From assembly GCF_018977255.1 (NCBI RefSeq), contig NW_024705488.1, positions 1 through 40,116 on the forward strand: 40,116 nucleotides of DNA, read 5' to 3'. Below, in pieces: positions 1-10,065 of this stretch. The notes below the pieces were generated by a model. It saw nothing but the letters and a program-made list of their open reading frames with translations, ran no database searches and was not told the DNA's origin. The translations under genes and the position numbers were made by a program. Source of the DNA: Callorhinchus milii (taxonomy: Eukaryota). Position 1 is the first letter of the stretch. Every line of letters starts with the position of its first letter.

Positions 1-15
1 CAACACTGAGTCCTG

Positions 16-26
16 TGGCTCAGTGG
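16..26 (+). promoter_or_regulatory. Pol III type-2 A box in the SINE head (shown for copy 1; present in most copies)
   Basis: TGGCTCAGTGG matches the A-box consensus TRGCNNARYGG within a tRNA D-arm (GCTC-AGTGGTTA-GAGC in copies with GAGC). Confidence 0.75.
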
Positions 27-57
27 TTAAAGCACACGCTTTTCAAGTGAGAGACCT

Positions 58-68
58 GAGTTGAATTT
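58..68 (+). promoter_or_regulatory. Degenerate Pol III B box (copy 1)
   Basis: GAGTTGAATTT lies at the T-loop position but lacks the invariant C of GTTCRANNC and the closing CC. Confidence 0.45.
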
Positions 69-698
69 TTCATTCTGAGGTCATTTTCATTTTCAAGCTG
101 CGACTGTACAGTTGCAGGGGCGTTGCTGTGTGCAATTGGCTGCCGCGTACGCCCGCAAATATACAGTCAATTCACTTTACAGTGTGTTCTGTGAAGCACT
201 TTGGGACGTCCTCCCGACGTGAAAAGCGCTATATCAAATGCAAGGCTTATTATTATTATTATAGCAGTCAGTGTGTGTGTTTGTGGGAGCAGTCAGTGAG
301 TGCGTGTGTGAGATAGCAGTCAGTGAGTTTGTGAGAGAGAGCAGTCGGTGTGTTTTTGTGAGAGAGAGAGCATTCAGTCTGTGTGTGTGAGAGAGAGCAG
401 TCGGTGTGTGTGTGTGAGAGAGAGAGCAGTCAGTGTGTGTGTGAGGGAGAGCAGTCAGTGTGTGTGTGTGTGAGAGAGCAGTCAGTGTGTGTGTGTGTGA
501 GAGAGCAGTCAGTGTGTGTGTGTTTGTGAGAGAGTAGTCAGTGTGTGTGTGAGAGAGAGAGCAGTCAGTTTGTGTGTGTGAGAGAGAGAGCAGTCAGTGT
601 GTGTGTGAGAGAGATTAGTCAGTGTGTGTGTGTGTGAGAGAACAGTCAGTGTGTGAGTGTATTGGAGAGCAGTCAGTGTGTGTGTGAGAGACAACACT

Positions 699-950
699 GA
701 GTCCTGTGGCTCAGTGGTTAGAGCACACGCTTTTCAAGTGAGAGACCTGAGTTGAATTTTTGATTTTGAGGTCATTTTCATTTTCAAGCTGCGACTGTAC
801 AGTCGCAGGGGCGTTGCTGTGTGCAATTGGCGGCCGCGTTCGCCCGGAAATATACAGTCAATTCACTTTACAGTGTGTTCTGTGAAGCACTTTGGGACGT
901 CCTCCCAACGTGAAAAGCACAATGTCAAATGCAAGGATTATTATTATTAT
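699..950 (+). mobile_element. SINE-like monomer 2
   Basis: Tail type B (GCACAATGTC); several private substitutions. Confidence 0.85.
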
Positions 951-1164
951 AGCAGTCAGTGTGTGTTTTTGTGAGAGCAGTCAGTGTGTGTGTGTGTGTC
1001 AGAGAGCAGTCAGGGTGTGTGTGTGTGAGAGAGAGCAGTCAGTGTGTGTGTGAGAGAAAGCAGTCAGTGTGTGTGTGAGAGAGAGCAGTCAGTGTGTGCG
1101 TGAGAGAGAGCAGTCAGTGCGTGATTGTATTGTAGAGCAGTCAGTGTGTGTGTGAGACAGCACT

Positions 1165-1422
1165 GAGTCCTGTGGCTCAGTGGTTAGAGCACACGCTTTT
1201 CAAGTGAGAGACCTATGTTGAATTTTTCATTTTGAGGTCATTTTCAATTTCATTTTCAAGCTGCGACTGTAGAGTCGCAGGGACGTTGCTGTGTGCAATT
1301 GGCTGCAGCGTTCGCCCGCACATATACAATCAATTCACTTTACAGTGTGTTCTGTGAAGCACTTTGGGACGTCCTCCCGACGTGAAAAGCGCTATATCAA
1401 ATGCAAGGATTATTATTATTAT
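1165..1422 (+). mobile_element. SINE-like monomer 3
   Basis: 6-bp longer head (TTTTCAATTTCATTTTC) with tail A. Confidence 0.85.
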
Positions 1423-1952
1423 AGCAGTCAGTGTGTGTGTTTGTGAGAGCAGTCAGTGTGTGTGTGTGTGAGATAGCAGTCAGTGTGTGTGAGAGAGAGA
1501 GCAGTCGGTGTGTGTGTGAGAGAGAGCAGTCAGTGTGTGCGTGAGAGAGAGCAGTCCGTGTGTTTGTGTGACAGAGAGAGAGCAGACAGTGTGTGTGTGT
1601 CTGAGAGAGAGCAGTCAGTGTGTTTGTGAGAGTGAGCAGTCAGTGTGTGTGTGAGAGAGAGCAGTCAGTGTGTGTGTTTGTGAGAGCAGTCCGTGTGCGT
1701 GTGAGAGAGAGCAGTCAGTGTGTGTGTTTGTGAGAGCAGTCAGTGTGTGTGTGTGAGAGAGAGAGAGAGAGATCAGTCAGTGCGCGTGTGTGAGAGAACA
1801 GTCAGTGTGTGTGTGTGAGAGAGCAGTCAGTGTGTGTGAGAGAATAGTCAGTGTGAGTGTGAGACAGAGCAGTCAGTGTATGTGTGTGTGATAGAGCAGT
1901 CAGTGTGTGATTGTATTGGAGAGCAGTCAGTGTGTGTGTGAGAGACAACACT

Positions 1953-2204
1953 GAGTCCTGTGGTTCAGTGGTTAGAGCACACGCTTTTCAAGTGAGAGAC
2001 CTGAGTTGAATTTTTCATTTTGAGGTCATTTTCATTTTCAAGCTGCGAATGTAGAGTCGCAGGGATGTTGCTGTGTGCAATTGGCGGCCTCGTTCGTCAG
2101 CAAATATAGAGTCAATTCACTTTACAGTGTGTTCTGTGAAGCACTTTGGGACGTCCTCCCGACGTGAAAAGCACAATGTCAAATGCAACGATTATTATTA
2201 TTAT
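1953..2204 (+). mobile_element. SINE-like monomer 4
   Basis: Tail B; relatively diverged (GGTTCAG, GCGAATGTAGAG, TTCGTCAGC). Confidence 0.85.
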
Positions 2205-2806
2205 AGCAGTCAGTGTGTGTGTTTGTGAGAGCAGTCAGTGTGTTTGTGATAGAGATTAGTCAGTGTGTCTGTGTGAGAGAGCAGTCAGTGTGTGTGTGAG
2301 ATAGAGCAGTCAGTGTGTGTGTGAGAGAGAGCAGTCAGTGTGTGCGTGAGAGAGAGCAGTCCGTGTGTTTGTGTGACAGAGAGAGAGCAGACAGTGTGTG
2401 TGTGTCTGAGAGAGAGCAGTCAGTGTGTTTGTGAGAGAGAGCAGTCAGTGTGTGTGTGAGAGAGAGCAGTCAGTGTGTGTTTGAGTGAGAGCAGTCGGTG
2501 TATGTGTGTGAGAGAGAGAGCAGTCAGTGTGTGTGTGAGAGAGAGCAGTCAGTGTGTGTGTGAGAGAGAGCAGTCAGTGTGTGTGTGTGAGATAGAGCAG
2601 TCAGTGTGTGTGTGAGAGAGAGCAGTCAGTGTGTGTGTGAGAGAGAGCAGTCGGTGTATGTGTGTGAGAGAGGGAGAGCAGTCAGTGTTTTTTATGTGAG
2701 AGAGCAGTCAGTGTGTGTTTGAAAGAGCAGTCAGTGTGTGTGTGTGAGAGCAGTCAGTGTGTGAGTGTATTGGAGAGCAGTCAGTGTGTGTGTGAGAGAC
2801 AACACT

Positions 2807-3061
2807 GAGTCCTGTGGCTCAGTGGTTAAAGCACACGCTTTTCAAGTGAGAGACCTGAGTTGAATTTTTCATTCTGAGGTCATTTTCATTTTCAAGCTGC
2901 GACTGTACAGTTGCAGGGGCGTTGCTGTGTGCAATTGGCTGCAGCGTACGCCCGCAAATATACAGTCAATTCACTTTACAGTGTGTTCTGTGAAGCCCTT
3001 TGGGACGTCCTCCCGAAGTGAAAAGCGCTATATCAAATGCAAGGCTTATTATTATTATTAT
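2807..3061 (+). mobile_element. SINE-like monomer 5
   Basis: Tail A. Confidence 0.85.
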
Positions 3062-3636
3062 AGCAGTCAGCGTGTGTGTTTGTGAGAGCAGTCAGTGAGT
3101 GCGTGTGTGAGATAGCAGTCAGTGAGTGTGTGAGAGAGAGCAGTCGGTGTGTTTTTGTGAGAGAGAGAGCAGTCAGTGTGTGTGTGTGTGAGAGAGCAGT
3201 CAGTGTGTGTTTGTTTGTGAGAGAGTAGTCAGTGTGTGTGTGAGAGAGAGCAGTCAGTTTGTGTGTGCGAGAGAGAGAGCAGTCAGTGTGTGTGTGAGAG
3301 AGATTAGTCAGCGTGTGTGTGTGTGAAAGAACAGTCAGTGCGTGTGTGTCTGAGAGAGAGCAGTCAGTGTGTGTGAGAGAGAGCAGTCAGTGTGTGTGAG
3401 AAGAGAGCAGTCAGTGTGTGTGTGAGATAGAGGAGTCAGTGTGTGTGTGAGAGAGAGCAGTCAGTGTGTGTGTGAGAGAGAGCAGTCGGTGTATGTGTGT
3501 GAGAGAGAGAGAGCAGTCAGTGTGTGTGTGAGAGAGCAGTCAGTGTGTGTGTGAGAGAGCAGTCAGTGTGTGTGTGAGAGCAGTCAGTGTGTGAGTGTAT
3601 TGGAGAGCAGTCAGTGTGTGTGTGAGAAACAACACT

Positions 3637-3888
3637 GAGTCCTGTGGCTCAGTGGTTCAAGCACACGCTTTTCAAGTGAGAGACCTGAGTTGAATTTTTC
3701 ATTCTGAGGTCATTTTCATTTTCAAGCTGCGACTGTACAGTTGCAGGGGCGTTGCTGTGTGCAATTGGCTGCCGCGTACGCCCGCAAATATACAGTCAAT
3801 TCACTTGACAGTGTGTTCTGTGAAGCAGTTTGGGACGTCCTCCCGACCTGAAAAGCGCTATATCAAATGCAAGGCTTATTATTATTAT
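3637..3888 (+). mobile_element. SINE-like monomer 6
   Basis: Tail A; CGACCTGAAA variant. Confidence 0.85.
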
Positions 3889-4464
3889 AGCAGTCAGTGT
3901 GTGTGTTTGTGAGAGCAGTCAGTGTGTGTGTGTGAGAGAGAGCAGTCAGTGTGTGTGTGTGTGAGAGAGCAGTCAGTGTGTGTGTGTTTGTGAGAGAGTA
4001 GTCATTGTGTGTGTGAGAGAGAGAGCAGTCAGTTTGTGTTTGTTTGTGAGAGAGTAGTCAGTGTGTGTGTGAGAGAGAGCAGTCAGTTTGTGTGTGCGAG
4101 AGAGAGAGCAGTCAGTGTGTGTGTGAGAGAGATTAGTCAGCGTGTGTGTGTGTGAAAGAACAGTCAGTGCGTGTGTGTCTGAGAGAGAGCAGTCAGTGTG
4201 TGTGAGAGAGAGCAGTCAGTGTGTGTGAGAGAGAGCAGTCAGTGTGTGTGTGAGATAGAGGAGTCAGTGTGTGTGTGAGAGAGAGCAGTCAGTGTGTGTG
4301 TGAGAGAGAGCAGTCGGTGTATGTGTGTGAGAGAGAGAGAGCAGTCAGTGTGTGTGTGAGAGAGCAGTCAGTGTGTGTGTGAGAGAGCAGTCAGTGTGTG
4401 TGTGAGAGCAGTCAGTGTGTGAGTGTATTGGAGAGCAGTCAGTGTGTGTGTGAGAAACAACACT

Positions 4465-4716
4465 GAGTCCTGTGGCTCAGTGGTTCAAGCACACGCTTTT
4501 CAAGTGAGAGACCTGAGTTGAATTTTTCATTCTGAGGTCATTTTCATTTTCAAGCTGCGACTGTACAGTTGCAGGGGCGTTGCTGTGTGCAATTGGCTGC
4601 CGCGTACGCCCGCAAATATACAGTCAATTCACTTGACAGTGTGTTCTGTGAAGCAGTTTGGGACGTCCTCCCGACCTGAAAAGCGCTATATCAAATGCAA
4701 GGCTTATTATTATTAT
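4465..4716 (+). mobile_element. SINE-like monomer 7
   Basis: Apparently identical to monomer 6. Confidence 0.85.
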
Positions 4717-5399
4717 AGCAGTCAGTGTGTGTGTTTGTGAGAGCAGTCAGTGTGTGTGTGTGAGAGAGAGCAGTCAGTGTGTGTGTGTGTGAGAGAGCAG
4801 TCAGTGTGTGTGTGTTTGTGAGAGAGTAGTCATTGTGTGTGTGAGAGAGAGAGCAGTCAGTTGTGTGTGTGGAGAGCAGTCGTGTGGTGTGTGAGAGAGA
4901 GACAGTGTGTGTGTGAGAGAGAGAGCAGTCAGTGTGTGTGTGAGAGAGATTAGTCAGTGTGTGTGTGTGTGAGAGAGAGCAGTCAGTGTGTGAGTGTATT
5001 GGAGAGCAGTCAGTGTGTGTGTGTGAGAGAGAGCAGTCAGTGTGTGTGTGAGAGAAAGCAGTCAGTGTGTGTGTGAGAGAGAGCAGTCAGTGTGTGCGTG
5101 AGAGAGAGCAGTCAGTGTGTGTGTGTGAGAGAGCATTCAGTGTGTGTGTGAGAGAGAGAGCAGTCAGTGTGTGAGTGTATTGGAGAGCAGTCAGTGTGTG
5201 TGTTTGTAAGAGCAGTCAGTGTGTGTGTGAGAGAGAGAGAGATATCAGTCAGTGTTTGTGTGTGAGAGAGCAGTCAGTGTGTGAGAGAGATTAGTCAGTG
5301 TGATTGTGTGAGAGAGCAGTCAGCGTGTGTGCGTGAGAGAGAGCAGTCAGTGCGTGAGTGTATTGTAGAGCAGTCAGTGTGTGTGTGTGAGACAGCACT

Positions 5400-5657
5400 G
5401 AGTCCTGTGGCTCAGTGGTTAGAGCACACGCTTTTCAAGTGAGAGACCTGAGTTGAATTTTTCATTTTGAGGTCATTTTCAATTTCATTTTCAAGCTGCG
5501 ACTGTACAGTCGCAGGGACGTTGCTGTGTGTAATTGGCTGCCGCGTTCGCCCGCAAATATACAGTCAATTCACTTTACAGTGTGTTCTGTGAAGCACTTT
5601 GGGACGTCCTCCCGACGTGAAAAGCACAATGTCAAATGCAACGATTATTATTATTAT
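5400..5657 (+). mobile_element. SINE-like monomer 8
   Basis: Long head, tail B. Confidence 0.85.
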
Positions 5658-6207
5658 AGCAGTCAGTGTGTGTGTTTGTGAGAGCAGTCAGTGTGTTTGT
5701 GTGTCAGAGAGCAGTCAGTAGTGTGTGTGTGAGAGACAGCGCAGTCAGCGTTCGTGTGTTAGTGAGAGCAGTCGGTGTGTGTGTGTGACAGAGAGAGAGC
5801 AGACAGTGTGTGTGTGTGAGAGAGCAGTCAGTGTGTGTGTGAGAGAGAGCAGTCAGTGTGTGTGTGAGAGAGAGCAGTCAGTGTGTGTGTGTGAGGGAGC
5901 AGTCAGTGTGTGTGTGAGAGAGCAGTCAGTGTGGGAGTGAGAGAGAGCAATCAGTGTGTGTGTGAGAGAGAGCAGTCAGTGTGTGTGTGAGAGAGAGCAG
6001 TCGGTGTTTGTGTGAGAGAGAGAGAGCAGTCAGTGTGTGTGTGTGAGGGAGCAGTGGGTGTATGTGTGTGAGAGAGAGAGAGCAGTCAGTGTGTGTGTGA
6101 GAGAGCAGTCAGTGTGTGTGTGAGAGAGCAGTCAGTGTGTGTGTGAGAGCAGTCAGTGTGTGAGTGTATTGGAGAGCAGTCAGTGTGTGTGTGTGAGAGA
6201 CAACACT

Positions 6208-6459
6208 GAGTCCTGTGGCTCAGTGGTTAAAGCACACGCTTTTCAAGTGAGAGACCTGAGTTGAATTTTTCATTCTGAGGTCATTTTCATTTTCAAGCTG
6301 CGACTGTACAGTTGCAGGGGCGTTGCTGTGTGCAATTGGCTGCCGCGTACGCCCGCAAATATACAGTCAATTCACTTTACAGTGTGTTCTGTGAAGCACT
6401 TTGGGACGTCCTCCCGACGTGAAAAGCACAATGTCAAATGCAACGATTATTATTATTAT
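6208..6459 (+). mobile_element. SINE-like monomer 9 (chimeric)
   Basis: A-type head with B-type tail. Confidence 0.85.
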
Positions 6460-7012
6460 AGCAGTCAGTGTGTGTGTTTGTGAGAGCAGTCAGTGTGTTT
6501 GTGTGTCAGAGAGCAGTCAGTATGTGTGTGTGTGAAAGACAGCGCAGTCAGCGTTCGTGTGTTAGTGAGAGCAGTCGGTGTGTGTGTGTGACAGAGAGAG
6601 AGCAGACAGTGTGTGTGTGTGAGAGAGCAGTCAGTGTGTGTGTGAGAGAGAGCAGTCAGTGTGTGTGTGAGAGAGAGCAGTCAGGGTGTGTGTGTGAGGG
6701 AGCAGTCAGTGTGTGTGTGAGAGAGCAGTCAGTGTGGGAGTGAGAGAGAGCAATCAGTGTGTGTGTGAGAGAGAGCAGTCAGTGTGTGTGTGAGAGAGAG
6801 CAGTCGGTGTTTGTGTGAGAGAGAGAGAGCAGTCAGTGTGTGTGTGTGTGAGGGAGCAGTGGGTGTATGTGTGTGAGAGAGAGAGAGCAGTCAGTGTGTG
6901 TGTGTGAGAGAGCAGTCAGTGTGTGTGTGAGAGAGCAGTCAGTGTGTGTGTGAGAGCAGTCAGTGTGTGAGTGTATTGGAGAGCAGTCAGTGTGTGTGTG
7001 AGAAACAACACT

Positions 7013-7264
7013 GAGTCCTGTGGCTCAGTGGTTAAAGCACACGCTTTTCAAGTGAGAGACCTGAGTTGAATTTTTCATTCTGAGGTCATTTTCATTTTCA
7101 AGCTGCGACTGTACAGTTGCAGGGGCGTTGCTGTGTGCAATTGGCTGCCGCGTACGCCCGCAAATATACAGTCAATTCACTTGACAGTGTGTTCTGTGAA
7201 GCAGTTTGGGACGTCCTCCCGACGTGAAAAGCGCTATATCAAATGCAAGGCTTATTATTATTAT
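7013..7264 (+). mobile_element. SINE-like monomer 10
   Basis: Tail A. Confidence 0.85.
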
Positions 7265-7547
7265 AGCAGTCAGTGTGTGTGTGAGAGAGAGCAGTCAGTG
7301 TGTGTGTGAGAGAGAGCAGTCAGTGTGTGTGTGAGATAGAGCAGTCAGTGTGTGTGTGAGAGAGAGCAGTCAGTGTGTGTGTGAGAGAGAGCAGTCGGTG
7401 TATGTGTGTGAGAGAGAGAGAGCAGTCGGTGTGTGTGTGTGAGAGAGCAGTCAGTGTGTGTGTGAGAGAGCAGTCAGTGTGTGTGTGAGAGCAGTCAGTG
7501 TGTGAGTGTATTGGAGAGCAGTCAGTGTGTGTGTGAGAAACAACACT

Positions 7548-7801
7548 GAGTCCTGTGGCTCAATGGTTAAAGCACACGCTTTTCAAGTGAGAGATCTGAG
7601 TTGAATTTTTCATTCTGAGGTCATTTTCATTTTCAAGCTGCGACTGTACAGTTGCAGGGGCGTTGCTGTGTGCAATTGGCTGCCGCGTACGCCCGCAAAT
7701 ATACAGTCAATTCCGTGACAGTGTGTTCTGTGAAGCAGTTTGGGACGTCCTCCCGACGTGAAAAGCGCTATATCAAATGCAATGATTATTAGTATTATTA
7801 T
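7548..7801 (+). mobile_element. SINE-like monomer 11
   Basis: CTCAATGG / GAGATCTG / TTCCGTGAC variant. Confidence 0.85.
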
Positions 7802-8705
7802 AGCAGTCAGTGTGTGTGTTTGTGAGAGCAGTCAGTGAGTGCGTGTGTGAGATAGCAGTCAGTGAGTGTGTGAGAGAGAGCAGTCGGTGTGTGTGTGTGA
7901 GAGAGAGCAGTCAGTCTGTGTGTGTGAGAGAGAGCAGTCGGTGTGTGTGTGTGAGAGAGAGAGAGCAGTCAGTGTGTGTGTGAGGGAGAGCAGTCAGTGT
8001 GTGTGTGTGAGAGAGAGCAGTCAGTGTGTGTGTGTGTGTGAGAGAGCAGTCAGTGTGTGTGTGTTTGTGAGAGAGTAGTCAGTGTGTATGTGAGAGAGAG
8101 AGCAGTCAGTTTGTGTGTGTGAGAGAGAGAGCAGTCAATGTGTGTGTGAGAGAGAGAGCAGTCAGTGTGTGTGTGAGAGAAAGCAGTCAGTGTGTGTGTG
8201 AGAGAGAGCAGTCAGTGTGTGCGTGAGAGAGAGCAGTCGGTGTGTGTGTGTGAGAGAGAGAGAGCAGTCAGTGTGTGTGTGTGAGAGAGCATTCAGTGTG
8301 TGTGTGAGAGAGAGAGCAGTCAGTGTGTGAGTGTATTGGAGAGCAGTCAGTGTGTTTGTTTGTAAGAGCAGTCAGTGTGTGTGTGAGAGAGATTAGTCAG
8401 TGTGTGTGTGTGTGAGAGAGCAGTCAGTGTGTGAGTGTATTGTAGAGCAGTCAGTGTGTGTGTGTGAGAGAGAGCAGTCAGTGTGTGTGTGAGATAGAGC
8501 AGTCAGTGTGTGTGTGAGAGAGAGCAGTCAGTGTGTGTGTGAGAGAGAGCAGTCGGTGTATGTGTGTGAGAGAGAGAGAGCAGTCGGTGTGTGTGTGTGA
8601 GAGAGCAGTCAGTGTGTGTGTGAGAGAGCAGTCAGTGTGTGTGTGAGAGCAGTCAGTGTGTGAGTGTATTGGAGAGCAGTCAGTGTGTGTGTGAGAAACA
8701 ACACT

Positions 8706-8958
8706 GAGTCCTGTGGCTCAATGGTTAAAGCACACGCTTTTCAAGTGAGAGATCTGAGTTGAATTTTCATTCTGAGGTCATTTTCATTTTCAAGCTGCGA
8801 CTGTACAGTTGCAGGGGCGTTGCTGTGTGCAATTGGCTGCCGCGTACGCCCGCAAATATACAGTCAATTCCGTGACAGTGTGTTCTGTGAAGCAGTTTGG
8901 GACGTCCTCCCGACGTGAAAAGCGCTATATCAAATGCAATGATTATTAGTATTATTAT
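8706..8958 (+). mobile_element. SINE-like monomer 12
   Basis: Same variant as monomer 11. Confidence 0.85.
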
Positions 8959-9811
8959 AGCAGTCAGTGTGTGTGTTTGTGAGAGCAGTCAGTGTGTGTG
9001 TGTGTGAGAGAGAGAGCAGTCAGTCTGTGTGTGTGAGAGAGAGCAGTCGGTGTGTGTGTGTGAGAGGAGAGAGCAGTCAGTGTGTGTGTGAGGGAGAGCA
9101 GTCAGTGTGTGTGTGTGAGAGAGAGCAGTCAGTGTGTGTGTGTGTGAGAGAGCAGTCAGTGTGTGTGTGTTTGTGAGAGAGTAGTCAGTGTGTATGTGAG
9201 AGAGAGAGCAGTCAGTTTGTGTGTGTGAGAGAGAGAGCAGTCAATGTGTGTGTGAGAGAGAGAGCAGTCAGTGTGTGTGTGAGAGAAAGCAGTCAGTGTG
9301 TGTGTGAGAGAGAGCAGTCAGTGTGTGCGTGAGAGAGAGCAGTCGGTGTGTGTGTGTGAGAGAGAGAGAGCAGTCAGTGTGTGTGTGTGAGAGAGCATTC
9401 AGTGTGTGTGTGAGAGAGAGAGCAGTCAGTGTGTGAGTGTATTGGAGAGCAGTCAGTGTGTTTGTTTGTAAGAGCAGTCAGTGTGTGTGTGAGAGAGATT
9501 AGTCAGTGTGTGTGTGTGTGAGAGAGCAGTCAGTGTGTGAGTGTATTGGAGAGCAGTCAGTGTGTGTGTGTGAGAGAGAGCAGTCAGTGTGTGTGTGAGA
9601 TAGAGCAGTCAGTGTGTGTGTGAGAGAGAGCAGTCAGTGTGTGTGTGAGAGAGAGCAGTCGGTGTATGTGTGTGAGAGAGAGAGAGCAGTCGGTGTGTGT
9701 GTGTGAGAGAGCAGTCAGTGTGTGTGTGAGAGAGCAGTCAGTGTGTGTGTGAGAGCAGTCAGTGTGTGAGTGTATTGGAGAGCAGTCAGTGTGTGTGTGA
9801 GAAACAACACT

Positions 9812-10065
9812 GAGTCCTGTGGCTCAATGGTTAAAGCACACGCTTTTCAAGTGAGAGATCTGAGTTGAATTTTTCATTCTGAGGTCATTTTCATTTTCAA
9901 GCTGCGACTGTACAGTTGCAGGGGCGTTGCTGTGTGCAATTGGCTGCCGCGTACGCCCGCAAATATACAGTCAATTCCGTGACAGTGTGTTCTGTGAAGC
10001 AGTTTGGGACGTCCTCCCGACGTGAAAAGCGCTATATCAAATGCAATGATTATTAGTATTATTAT
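9812..10065 (+). mobile_element. SINE-like monomer 13
   Basis: Same variant as monomer 11. Confidence 0.85.

Larger units (their letters stand above)
8..262 (+). mobile_element. SINE-like monomer 1
   Basis: tRNA-like head, L2-type stem-loop tail, (TTA)n; tail type A (GCGCTATATC). Confidence 0.85.

Noticed and set aside
8..82. Tandem cluster of functional tRNA-Glu genes
   Set aside because: There is no acceptor-stem pairing, the anticodon stem is mismatched, the T-loop lacks TTC, and the head is fused to a LINE-type tail.
140..230. CENP-B box in the CpG-rich part of the monomer (TTCG / CCCG motifs)
   Set aside because: The spacing does not fit NTTCGNNNNANNCGGGN on either strand.
8..262. 5S rRNA or snRNA tandem gene array
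   Set aside because: I recognise no 5S, U1, U2 or U6 sequence. The (TTA)n tail and L2-like stem-loop indicate a SINE.
263..698. Telomeric repeats or long Z-DNA/H-DNA tracts in spacers
   Set aside because: There are no TTAGGG arrays. (GT)n and (GA)n runs are mostly only 3-8 units and are regularly interrupted by GCAGTCA.
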